From: Macrostomum lignano
Lineage: Eukaryota
Reading direction: 5' to 3'
NCBI GenBank assembly: GCA_002269645.1
Contig: NIVC01000179.1
Location: 62,001-126,000 of the forward strand
Length of the DNA: 64,000 nt
The position numbers and the translations under genes are program-made. Under the pieces are notes generated by a model that was given only the letters and a program-made list of their open reading frames with translations, ran no database searches and was not told the DNA's origin. Positions 48,622 to 59,760 of the stretch are shown piece after piece (position 1 is the stretch's first letter; every line of letters begins with the position of its first letter).

Positions 48622-49890
48622 TTTGTCTCCCCATCGAGCTCCGCTGTCTGCCCACCGAGCTCCCCTTCTCCTTGTCGAGCTCCGCTGACTCCCCATCGAG
48701 CTCCCCTTCTTCTTGTCGAGCTCCGCTGTCTCCTCACCGATTTCCCCTTCTCCCCATCGAGCTCCGCTGACTCCCCATCGAGCTCCCCTTCTTCTTGTCG
48801 AGCTCCGCTGTCTCCTCACCGATTTCCCCTTCTCCCAATCGAGCTCCGCCGTCTGCCCATCGAGCTCCGCTGTCTCCCCATCGAGCTCCGCTGTCTCCCC
48901 ATCGAGCTCCGCTGTCTCCCCATCGAGCTCCACCCTTCCCCCGATAAGAGCTCCGCTGTCTCCCCACCGAGCTTCGCAGTCTCCTCATCGAGCTCCGCTG
49001 TCTCCTCCCCGATTTCCCCTTCTCCCCATCGAGCTCCGCTGACTCCCCATCGAGCTCCCCTTCTTCTTGTCGAGCTCCGCTGTCTCCTCACCGATTTCCC
49101 CTTCTCCCAATCGAGCTCCACCGTCTGCCCATCGAGCTCCGCTTTCTCCCCATCGAGCTCCGCTGTCTCCCCATCGAGCTCCGCTGTCTCCCCATCGAGC
49201 TCCGCTGTCTGCCCATCGAGCTCCGCTGTCTCCCCATCGAGCTCCGCTTTCTCCCCATCGAGCTCCGCTGTCTCCCCATCGAGCTCCGCTGTCTCCCCAT
49301 CGAGCTCCAGCCTTCCCCCGATAAGAGCTCCGCTGTCTCCCCACCGAGCTTCGCAGTCTCCTCATCGAGCTCCGCTGTCTCCTCACCGATTTCCCCTTCT
49401 CCCAATCGAGCTCCGCCGTCTGCCCATCGAGCTCCGCTGTCTCCCCATCGAGCTCCGCTGTCTCCCCATCGAGCTCCACCCTTCCCCCGATAAGAGCTCC
49501 GCTGTCTCCCCACCGAGCTTCGCAGTCTCCTCATCGAGCTCCGCTGTCTCCTCCCCGATCTCCCCTTCCCCGATAAGAGCTCCGCTGTCTCCCCATCGAG
49601 CTCCGCTGTCTCCCCATCGAGCTCCGCTGTCTGCCCATCGAGCTCCGCTGTCTCCCCATCGAGCTCCGCTTTCTCCCATCGAGCTCCGCTGTCTCCCCAT
49701 CGAGCTCCGCTGTCTCCTCCCCGATCTCCCCTTCCCCGATAAGAGCTCCGCTGTCTCCCCATCGAGCTCCGCTGTCTCCCCATCGAGCTCCGCTGTCTCC
49801 CCATCGAGCTCCGCTGTCTCCCCACCGAGCTTCGCAGTCTCCTCATCGAGCTCCGCTGTCTCGTCATCCAGCTTCATTGTCTCCCCATCA
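48622..49890. repeat. 21-bp-based minisatellite (CCCCATCGAGCTCCGCTGTCT)n with longer variant units
   Basis: Direct reading. Confidence 0.93.
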
Positions 49891-50139
49891 TATCGCTTTG
49901 TTGTTGCTTACTATTTTTCAAACGTCACCCGGACTATAGTATCAGCTTTATATTTGGCGGAACTTACTTTTATCCCATAGACAAAGTGCTGTTCCAATTT
50001 CCCTAATATGTCGCGTAGGTCTTATATTCGCTAGAAAGTATCGATTCAGTAGTTTGTCTGACCAACGAGTGCAATCAGATCTGAGAAAGGACTCAAACAG
50101 ATCAGTCATCAACAGCCAGCCCATCACCGCACCGTCCCC

Positions 50140-50739
50140 ATGGCGCACTTCACTCAACCGGACTGCTGGTGCGCCAGCCTCGACGATGAGATGTGCGAGA
50201 GCGACGAGGTCGAGCGGGCCGCCTCGGCCGGGGCTCTGCACAATTTCTACCCGCTGGAGGCCAATCTGTACCCCGGCGAGCGGATGCTGCGGCCCTTCCC
50301 CGGCCTGCTGCTGTGGGACGTCCGGGATCCACCTGGGCCTCTGGGCTGCAGCATCGCTTATGTGCCGCCGCCGCTGGGCTGGACCACCCTGTACACCAAC
50401 GCCGGCCTCCAGCTGCATGTCTGGGTTGGTGACATGCGGCCGCAGGCTCAGGACACTATGGCGGCGTCGGGCGGAGCCGCTGTGACCGCCGCAGCTTTGT
50501 CGTCGTCGACGTCGGCGTCTGGCGCCGGCTGGCGACCGCCCGCGGGCACCCTGCTGCCGAACTGCAACGGCCAGACCCAGGTGGTTGGCCTGAACCTGCC
50601 GCCCGCGCCGCCGGTGCACGAGCACCGCTGCATCGCCTGCGGCCGGCGGGGCCTCAATGTCGACGTTGTGCCGATCGGAGGAAGCGGCGGCGCCGGCGGC
50701 TGCGTCGGCGGCGGCCGGATGGGCGACCAGCAGAGATGA
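50140..50739 (+). CDS. Single-exon ORF of unknown function, 199 aa, divergent from the TRP gene
   Basis: GC-rich island matching the ORF limits, with C/G-ending codon bias like the neighbouring genes and AT-rich flanks. Globular-looking N-half, Ala/Gly-rich C-half; no family recognised. Confidence 0.6.
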   Translation: MAHFTQPDCWCASLDDEMCESDEVERAASAGALHNFYPLEANLYPGERMLRPFPGLLLWDVRDPPGPLGCSIAYVPPPLGWTTLYTNAGLQLHVWVGDMRPQAQDTMAASGGAAVTAAALSSSTSASGAGWRPPAGTLLPNCNGQTQVVGLNLPPAPPVHEHRCIACGRRGLNVDVVPIGGSGGAGGCVGGGRMGDQQR

Positions 50740-51884
50740 CGGACAGACTGGCTTGAATAGTGCTGATCGGAGAGACTGCCATTGCTGTTTTTGTCAGTGC
50801 GCAGAGTTCGTTAGGCTCTGAGTAGCACTAGCGGGTTACTGTGGTCCCAAGGCCGATAATTAGGAGTCGCCATGTTAGCCGTTCTTTCAAAGCTTACTAT
50901 GAGAAGGGTTTAGTTCGTAGCTCAACCATACGGGCCAATTTCTTGCTGGTACGATGTAGGGCCTTGTGAGTCATATCTACAAGTCTGCATGCGTTTCTCA
51001 AAGTAAGTGTCTGGGAAAACACAAAAGCAAGAATTTGCTTTTAAAGTACATCAGCAATCGGTAAAGTACATCAGAAATTGTTAAATCTGCTGTCAAACGT
51101 GTAGTTAGCGATCATGAAATTGGCTTAAGTGTTATAAGCAATGGCCCAGATAGTAGTGAAATGAAGTCGCCCATTTTAAGTATGCCTGTGTACTTTATTA
51201 CTTTAGTTTGTACTTTTCCAAGCAGAATGCTTTTAATAGATAGGCTGCTAAAAATATTGATTTTACTGTTAGAAAAGCGTGCAGTTTTGCAGCAAGTTAT
51301 AGCACAGTGTACTTTTTAACCATTGCGTTTTTCTCTATTCATTCGAACGCGAACTAAAATTCTTTTAGCACTACTGCAAGTAGGCTGTCGGAATTTTTAA
51401 AGGAAAATTCGTGATTGGCTTTTAATCGCAGTGCGCTTATTAAAACTGGGTGAACTGGAGAACAAAGGCTGCCCCCCACCCCTATCTGGGGTTGGGGTTG
51501 GAGCCGAATGAGCCGAAAGAAATTCATTAAAATATCCCTGCGACAGATGGGCCGGGCTTCTCTGTGTGTTCGAGGATCGTGGATAATTGCCGTCCCGCCG
51601 AACAGCCAATATTAGAGGGAAATGCCATCTATCTTTGGGTCCCCATCGGTTATCCCAGCAGCCCCGGGTCTGTGCTGTGCTGCCTGCAGAGGGGAACCTG
51701 CACCTGCTTTTTATAATCGATTGATGATCGAGTTGCCAATTCACCTGAACTGAGTATAGGCCTGCAAGTTCCACAGCCTCAATATTCAGATATTGAATTC
51801 ACAATTCCCAAGCTTCACAACCCCCAGAATTCATAAACTCCACAATACGAGTATAACCACAGAATTTTACAATCCTGAAATTTT

Positions 51885-53405
51885 TAAATCCATAAACTTC
51901 ACAAAACCAAAGCTTCACAACCTCAAAGTTTCACAACCCCAAAGTTTTACAACCCCAAAGTTTCACAATCCCAAATTTTCACAACTCCAAAGTTTCACAA
52001 TCCCAAAGTTTCACAACCCCAAAGTCTCACAGCCTCAGTTTCACAATCCCAAAGTTTCACAACCAAAGTTCCACAAGCTCAAAGTTTCACAACCCTAAAG
52101 TTTCACAACCCCAAAGTTTCACAGCCTCAGTTTCACAATCCCAAAGTTTCACAACCCCAAAGTTTCACAGCCTCAGTTTCACAATCCCAAAGTTTCACAA
52201 CCCAAAGTTTCACAACCCTAAAGTTTCACAACCTCAGTTTCACAATCCCAAAGTTTCACAACCCCAAAGTTTCACAACCCCAAAGTTTCACAGCCTCAGT
52301 TTCACAATCCCAAAGTTTCACAACCAAAGTTCCACAAGCTCAAAGTTTCACAACCCTAAAGTTTCACAACCCCAAAGTTTCACAGCCTCAGTTTCACAAT
52401 CCCAAAGTTTCACAACCCAAAGTTTCACAACCCTAAAGTTTCACAACCTCAGTTTCACAATCCCAAAGTTTCACAACCCCAAAGTTTCACAACCCCAAAG
52501 TTTCACAGCCTCAGTTTCACAATCCCAAAGTTTCACAACCCTAAAGTTTCACAACCCTAAAGTTTCACAACCCTAAAGTTTCACAACCTCAAAGTCTAAC
52601 AACTCCAAAGCTTCACAACCCCAAAGTTTCACAGCCTCAGTTTCACAATCCCAAAGTTTCACAACTCCAAAATTTCACAACTCCAAAATTTCACAACCCC
52701 AAAGTTTCACAACCCAAAGTTTCACAACCCCAAAGTTTCACAATCCCAAAGTTTCACAATCCCAAAGTTTCACAACCCCAAAGTTTCACAACCCCAAAGT
52801 TTCACAATCCCAAAGTTTCACAACCCCAAATTTTCACAACCCCAAAGTTTCACAACCCCAAAGTTTCACAACCCAAAGTTTCACAACCTCAAAGTTTCAC
52901 AATCCCAAAGTTTCACAATCCCAAAGTTTCACAACCCCAAAGTTTCACAACCCCAAAGTTTCACAATCCCAAAGTTTCACAACCCCAAATTTTCACAACC
53001 CCAAATTTTCACAACCCCAAAGTTTCACAACCCCAAAGTTTCACAACCCAAAGTTTCACAACCCCAAAGTTTCACAATCCCAAAGTTTCACAACCCCAAA
53101 TTTTCACAACCCCAAAGTTTCACAACCCCAAAGTTTCACAACCCAAAGTTTCACAACCCCAAAGTTTCACAATCCCAAAGTTTCACAACCCCAAAGTTTC
53201 ACAACCCCAAAGTTTCACAACCCAAAGTTTCACAACCCAAAGTTTCACAACCCCAAAGTTTCACAACCCAAAGTTTCACAACCCCAAAGTTTCACAATCC
53301 CAAAGTTTCACAACCCCAAAGTTTCACAACCCCAAAGTTTCACAACCCCAAAGTTTCACAATCCCAAAGTTTCACAACCCCAAATTTTCACAACCTTGAA
53401 GTTTC
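51885..53405. repeat. 16-bp minisatellite (AAAGTTTCACAACCCC)n
   Basis: Direct reading; degenerate 5' edge. Confidence 0.95.
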
Positions 53406-54438
53406 ACAACGCTGCATAAAGGTTTGAGAAAACTCTTCAGTTCGATTGGGGGTATGAAGAAGCAGAATGTGTCCTGAATATAATTAGGCACGCAACCGGT
53501 TTTTATACCTTTACTAAAAAACAAGTCGGAAATGCCTTCAAAAGACTGCGAGAAAAATGGGAGTAAAAAATAAGACGGAATGCAAATCTTTTGAAAAGCA
53601 GAAAAGCTGCGGAAGCATCGCGTCGCGTCCTCCTTCTGGGTCGGCCGTTTGCTCGCGGGCTTATTAAATAATACGGGGTTAGAGAGTTCAAGCAGGACTG
53701 TATCGAAATTGCCTCAATGAGAATGGGCGGCGGGGCTGAGTAACGAAGGAACTCTTCTTTAATCAGAAAGCGGAGAGGAGAGAAATAGCAACTGCAAAAC
53801 TGCACTGGGGCCCGGCTCTGATTTCACAAGATTTCAAGCCCCCCATTAGTTTGGCGATTTGCCAGATACAAATTCAGGGCATGGGAGGGGGTCGCAAACC
53901 ACTCGGATTTTAAATCAGATATAATTAAAATCCTTGCGTATACCAGCGTACACTTTGGGAAATTTTGTGCTTGGCTAAAAATACCCCGTCGACTTAGATG
54001 AATAAGTTGCTGGTTGCGACTCCAAGACAGAGACAGACGCCCCAACTTTAATTTCATGTTGCCAGGCCGGCTTTTTGAGGCTTTTAGGATTCGTGTTTAT
54101 ACATACCCCCCAACCTCAGTTCCGTTTGTTTGAAGCATCGAAAGCCGGCCAGCTCCGAATCTTGGTGCTGACAAAGCGAAGAAGTCATAAAACTGTTGCT
54201 AATTTTACTTCTTCCTTTACGCCCGTTTTGGCTTTAAAGGCTTGTTATGCCGTTCTATTAATACCTGAGTTTCCAACTGAACTCGCTAAAATTAGCATTC
54301 CCACCCAACCGAAAATTCATCAGCCGCCACCAGCTATACATTCTGTGCCCTTCTCCTGGTGTTGCTGGTAAAAGAATAACAGAAAATAACAATGATAGAA
54401 AATAATTTTTGTTTGCTCAGCCTCAGCCATCTCAGCCA

Positions 54439-54735
54439 GAGGCGGTTGTATCCTAGTGGTCAGAGCGTCGGACTCACCTGAAGGTCGGGGGTTCGATTCC
54501 CGATCCCTTTTGAAACTATTTGTGTCCTTGAGCAAGACACTTAACTCTGCATTGCTTCAGTTCACCCAGCTGTAAAATGGGTGCCAGCATTAGCTGGGGT
54601 AATTGAGGCTGTGTGTGGCGACCCCCCAGTCCTTGGACTGAACAGCCGTACGCAGCCTTCAGATGCGCCGCGCAATAGCTGCGGCTGAGCTGTCGGTTGC
54701 ACATCTGCATATTAGGGCGGTGTAATCAATTATTA
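54439..54735 (+). mobile_element. tRNA-derived SINE, copy 3
   Basis: A-box TAGTGGTCAGAG, B-box GGTTCGATTCC, same body, AT-rich tail. Confidence 0.85.
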
Positions 54736-55794
54736 TAGTATTATTACCTAAGCCGGCAAAATGACAGATTTTCCAAGGATTCTTCCAGGAAGGATATTTC
54801 CAGGCCACCATCGCTGTCTCAGTGCCTGCGCACTTTTCCCGACCCCCAGTCTAAATGAGCTGTGGGAAATTCGGTCGAAGTTAGTGCCAGAATTGGGAAG
54901 CCAAGTTGGGAAGAGCGGACGGGCAGTTCAAGGGCGCATTGGAGGAGGCACGCAGAGCCGAGAGGACGAGGGGAGAGCTGCTGAACAGTGTCACATGACG
55001 CCGTGGAATTGAAGGACTGGCGGGGGGGCTGGCGCGGGTCCCACTTCGCTGCGGGGTTACGTAATCCCCCCCCCCATTCAGCCAGAGGCCCTAGAAGAGA
55101 GAGAAGAGAGTTAGGGAGAAGATCTGGGCAAGGAAGGCCTGGCATTGTGTGGGAGGCAGCCCGTCTGCTTAGCTGGCTCGGGGGGACGGGCATAGAGTGA
55201 CACCTGCAGTGCCTGGCGGGCGGCGAGGACACAGTTTTGGGGAAGCCTTCGGGTATGCGGGCCATGGGCTAAAGGACTGGGAGGCTGGGAGATGAAGATC
55301 AAAATAAGAGAGACGACAGGAGAAAGCAGCCAGTGGCGGGAGCGCAGCGGCCGCAGCCTTGAACTCCGGTTGACCCGACAGCCTCATTCCGCCTCCACGC
55401 CCAACCCCCCATCTCTCTTCCCCATCGTGGAGTTCGATTTTGGAATTTGCCCGTTTCGATCGGCGCGAGGATTTTTGGGGGAAGAAAATACGAGGGGAAG
55501 AAATGAAAGCGCCAATTGCGATGGCTGATGAGTCATCGCCAGCAGCCCGCCACATCCCCCATGAATATAGTGAAGCCCGTGCTCCCCCTAGTTCAAGCAA
55601 ATCCCAAAGCAGGAGCAGCCCTCCCGGAAAAATCCCATTCGGGACTTTGGATTGGGAGAAATCCACGGAAATATTTGGGATGCGAACTTCCTATAGAGGC
55701 CTCGCACTAGCTGGCTGAGGGGGCATCGAAGAAGGAGCGACAAAGACCAAGTTTTGGAACTCTCGCTGCAGATATGGGAAGAAGGAAGGTGAGA

Positions 55795-56220
55795 TGAAGG
55801 GAAGTGAGGTGAGATAAATGGAAGTGAGGTGAAGGGAGGTGAGATGAATGAGGTGAGATGAAGGGAGCTGAGATGAAGGGAGCTGAGATGAAGGGAGCTG
55901 AGATGAAGGGAGCTGAGATGAAGGGAGCTGAGATGAAGGGAGCTGAGATGAAGGGAGCTGAGATGAAGGGAGCTGAGATGAAGGGAGCTGAGATGAAGGG
56001 AGCTGAGATGAAGGGAGCTGAGATGAAGGGAGCTGAGATGAAGGGAGCTGAGATGAAGGGAGCTGAGATGAAGGGAGCTGAGATGAAGGGAGCTGAGATG
56101 AAGGGAGCTGAGATGAAGGGAGCTGAGATGAAGGGAGCTGAGATGAAGGGAGCTGAGATGAAGGGAGCTGAGATGAAGGGAGCTGAGATGAAGGAAGCTG
56201 AGATGAAGGGAATTGGGATG
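55795..56220. repeat. 15-bp minisatellite (GAGATGAAGGGAGCT)n
   Basis: Direct reading. Confidence 0.95.
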
Positions 56221-59200
56221 ATGAGTAGTGAAAGCCCGAGGACAAGAGATGGAAAAAAATTAAAAACGCTATCACACATGATAAATATACTTTGTATGTG
56301 CAAAATTTTCTGTTAACACGTTTTTTCTCTTCCGCGTAACTGGGGCATCACCAACCATGCTTCCTTCCTATCCCGATTTCTAGCTCGAGTTGTCCTTGAC
56401 TTAGAGATCTTATTTGAAACAAAGCCTGTAGGCGCCCGCCCAACCCTCCGCAGCGTTCCTTCCGCCTGAACAAACACGTGACTCTTGTGTCCCAGTTCGG
56501 GGCTAGCTAAAATTCTAACAGAATTTTCTTCCTATAAATGGGAAAACAGGGGGCGGTATACAAACAGAAATTGGGAGAGTCTTTGTCCGAACTGCTGACT
56601 AATTGCGCTCCACGTCTTGCGAAGGTCCGAATCCGCACAAAGCTTTGGAGTCCCGACAGCTTGGGCTCTGTCTGGGCAGTTGGCCTTAACGTTTCTCGAA
56701 TGGCCTAACTTATATGTATGTAAACTGACTTCTAATACAGCATACTCTGGGATATTTATTCCCTTCGATAAGAGATCTCGCTAGTAATTAAGGAATATTG
56801 AGGAAGACATGAAAAAAGAAGAGACCGTCAATATTCGGGCGGAGTAAAAGGAAGGTAAAAAATCTGAAGTTAGCCATTAACCTGCGCATGCAGCAATTGC
56901 GCTCGCTGCAGCACAGGTGCAGGCAGTGGGGCAGGCCGGTGTAGCAACAATGCTTCCTCGAACAGAAACCATAGGCAGTCGTAGGGGGGGGGCGCAAACT
57001 GGGCTGGCGGAGTCTGAAAATCGGGTCCCGCCTTGACCAGCCTCCCCACCGCGGAGGCTGCAAATTGCTTCTAATGGAAAGCCAGTCGTGGAGGGGGGAA
57101 CTGGCAAGTTCCAACCTTCCAAGTTCCAACCTCCACCAATCCTGTAGTCTCTGCAGCTTTACTTTTCTGTAGGAAAGTAAAGGAATGAAATTACAGAAAT
57201 GAAGCTCGCATTTTATATAGTTGAAGAAATCTGGCTGCTTTCGTAAAGAAATTTTCAGCTGACGCAACGTCGGGGCCCAATTATTGGAACTTTGCATCCT
57301 CCTTGTGCCCCCGGGTTTTTTGTGATGAAGCCAACATTTTGCCATTTTATTGCTTCTCTTGCTCACATATAACTCGGCCCACACGAACGGTGGTAAAGGC
57401 GGTGGGATTGAAAGTCTTGTAAAGTCTTGTCACCACACCTTACCACTCTTTGTTACATGCACTCGCCCCCTTTTTGCCTCAAATTTTCTGTTGCGCCCAA
57501 TGCAGGACCAGAGCCGATGAGTCACGATCTGTTCTTTCTAACCATTTTTTCCATGCCACTACAAGTCTGCAAGCCACCTCGGAGTCGGGGCGCTTTCACA
57601 AATCACAAGATCTAAATTTTCAAGTCGCCGAAACTTTAGACGACCCAGCCAGCTGTCGCACTCGTTGGAACTGAAGTTCACATCGCCTAAATGCCTAAAA
57701 ACGTTAACATCATGAAATCGCATGTACAAACCACTGAGACAAACCCTGAGACAAATTGTGCAGAAGTAAGGACTGATATCTAATAATTTAAGCAATTAGG
57801 CTATTTGAAGTTTTGGCGATGTGAAATGAAGGTTTTATGAAATTCCCAACCTGTCGAGTCTCAGCTCATCTCCCATGCGGACGTACCAGGAAGCCCTGAG
57901 AAAAGTCATGGTGATTACAGTGATAGGAATTCTGAAAGAAACTGATTCATACATAGCAGATCAATCAGCCATCCATCAAATGATCTTACGATCTTCGTAG
58001 GACAAAGGAAGTCGCTTAGTATGGTTGATTGACATGATGAAAACTGAACTGTAACATCCGTCGTCTGCCAAAATCCTAGAGGGACACGGGTGGGCCGAAC
58101 TGATATTGCTTATACGATTACGAATGACTAAAATGAAGGCTGCGTCACGTTCTAAAAATAGCATCACACGACATCTCCATTAGTAATTCATATATGCTTT
58201 ACTATGCTATACTTTGTTCGGCATGACTGCCCTACCGATAAGGCGGAAAACTCTCAGTCCTGCTGGGGGTTGGTTCGATTCGAATTAATCAGAATTTTCT
58301 CTGCCTTATTTATGGCTTTTCGATGCAGAACGCACTGGTGGAGCCGCCAAGAATGAATCTCTCAGGAGAAGGAAGAGCGCATTTATAAATATGTTTCGCG
58401 TTAAGGGTAAAGGAGCTGATATACATAAGTGCAGCCATTCAAATCGCCTGAACTTCCACATTTAGCACTTTTCGCAGTCCAATTCAAAGACTTGCTGCTT
58501 TGCTGTCTGTCTATCTGCTTTGCTGTCTGTCTATCTGTCGCATGCGCGAAATATAATTATTAGTGTAGCAATTGTGCATTAGCTGGTCCGCATGGCATGC
58601 GTTGCCTCGGTGCCTGTTCCTGCCTTAATAACAGAGCCGCAGACACGGAAATGCGAGCTACACTGCCGCTATCGCTGCGCACAGGCACATGCACTACACA
58701 CACATACACACACTGATACACAGGCTGCACCGCTCTACCGAAAGATAACCAAGCACTGAGTGCATGGCGGCTCGATGCGTTCGGTTTAGCTGAGCTCGCC
58801 GAATCGCTCAACTGACCGAAGGATCGAGTTGAATCGAGAGAGAGAGAAAGAGAGATCAGAGTGCGCGGGTGGGGACTGTGGAATTAAATTTATGTCAGGG
58901 AATGACTATTTTTTTCAATGCGAATTTCGCAATTTCAGTATACTACGGCACCGCAGCTACATGACTGGCATGCATGAGTTCAGTTGCTTGTTATCTCAAA
59001 ATTGTTGAGCTTTGCGTAAGCATACTCACAGTGCGTTGTAGAGGAAAACAAACCAAATTTACCAAGCACATCTGGAGCGATTTTTGCTGACTAGAACTTT
59101 TTGTATGTACTAGCACGATTAGGACATGCTGGTGTCTCCTGACTCCTAATATCCATGCGATTCAGAATGAGTCAGCTGAGCTCAGTCACAGGTTTCTCAC

Positions 59201-59239
59201 CAAAATTGTGAAAATCAGGATTGGATCCTGGCTCTTTCT

Positions 59240-59760
59240 GTGTCAGATTCTGTGAAGCTATATCAGATACTGCCAACCCCTGTGTCAGATGCTGTCAAAC
59301 TATGTCAAGTAGACACTGCCAAGTGCCAACCCCTGTGTCAGATGCTGTCAAACTATGTCAGATACTGCCAACCCCTGTGTCAGATGCTGTCAAGCTATAT
59401 CAGATACTGCCAACCCCTGTGTCAGATGCTGTCAAGCTATGTCAGATACTGCCAACCCCTGTGTCAGATGCTGTCGTCATGTGTCAGATGCTGTCAAACT
59501 ATGTCAGATACTGCTAACCCCTGTGTCAGATGCTGTCGTCATGTGTCAGATGCTGTCAAACTATGTCAGGTACTGCCAACCCCTGTGTCAGATGCTGTCA
59601 AACTATGTCAGATACTGCCAACCCCTGTGTCAGATGCTGTCGTCATGTGTCAGATGCTGTCAAACTATGTCAGGTACTGCCAACCCCTGTGTCAGATGCT
59701 GTCAAACTATGTCAGATACTGCCAACCCCTGTGTCAGATGCCGTCGCCATGTGTCAGCTG
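59240..59760. repeat. 42-bp minisatellite (TGTGTCAGATGCTGTCAAACTATGTCAGATACTGCCAACCCC)n
   Basis: Direct reading; built from TGTCAGAT subrepeats. Confidence 0.93.

Noticed and set aside
54439-54510. tRNA gene (also at 18700-18768)
   Set aside because: The acceptor and anticodon stems are imperfect and the sequence is fused to a repeated SINE body.
54760-57400. Possible decayed retroelement (an EVGTWKVGT peptide near 57.1 kb resembles an RTE endonuclease start)
   Set aside because: The similarity does not extend beyond a few residues, and no RT or endonuclease motifs were found.
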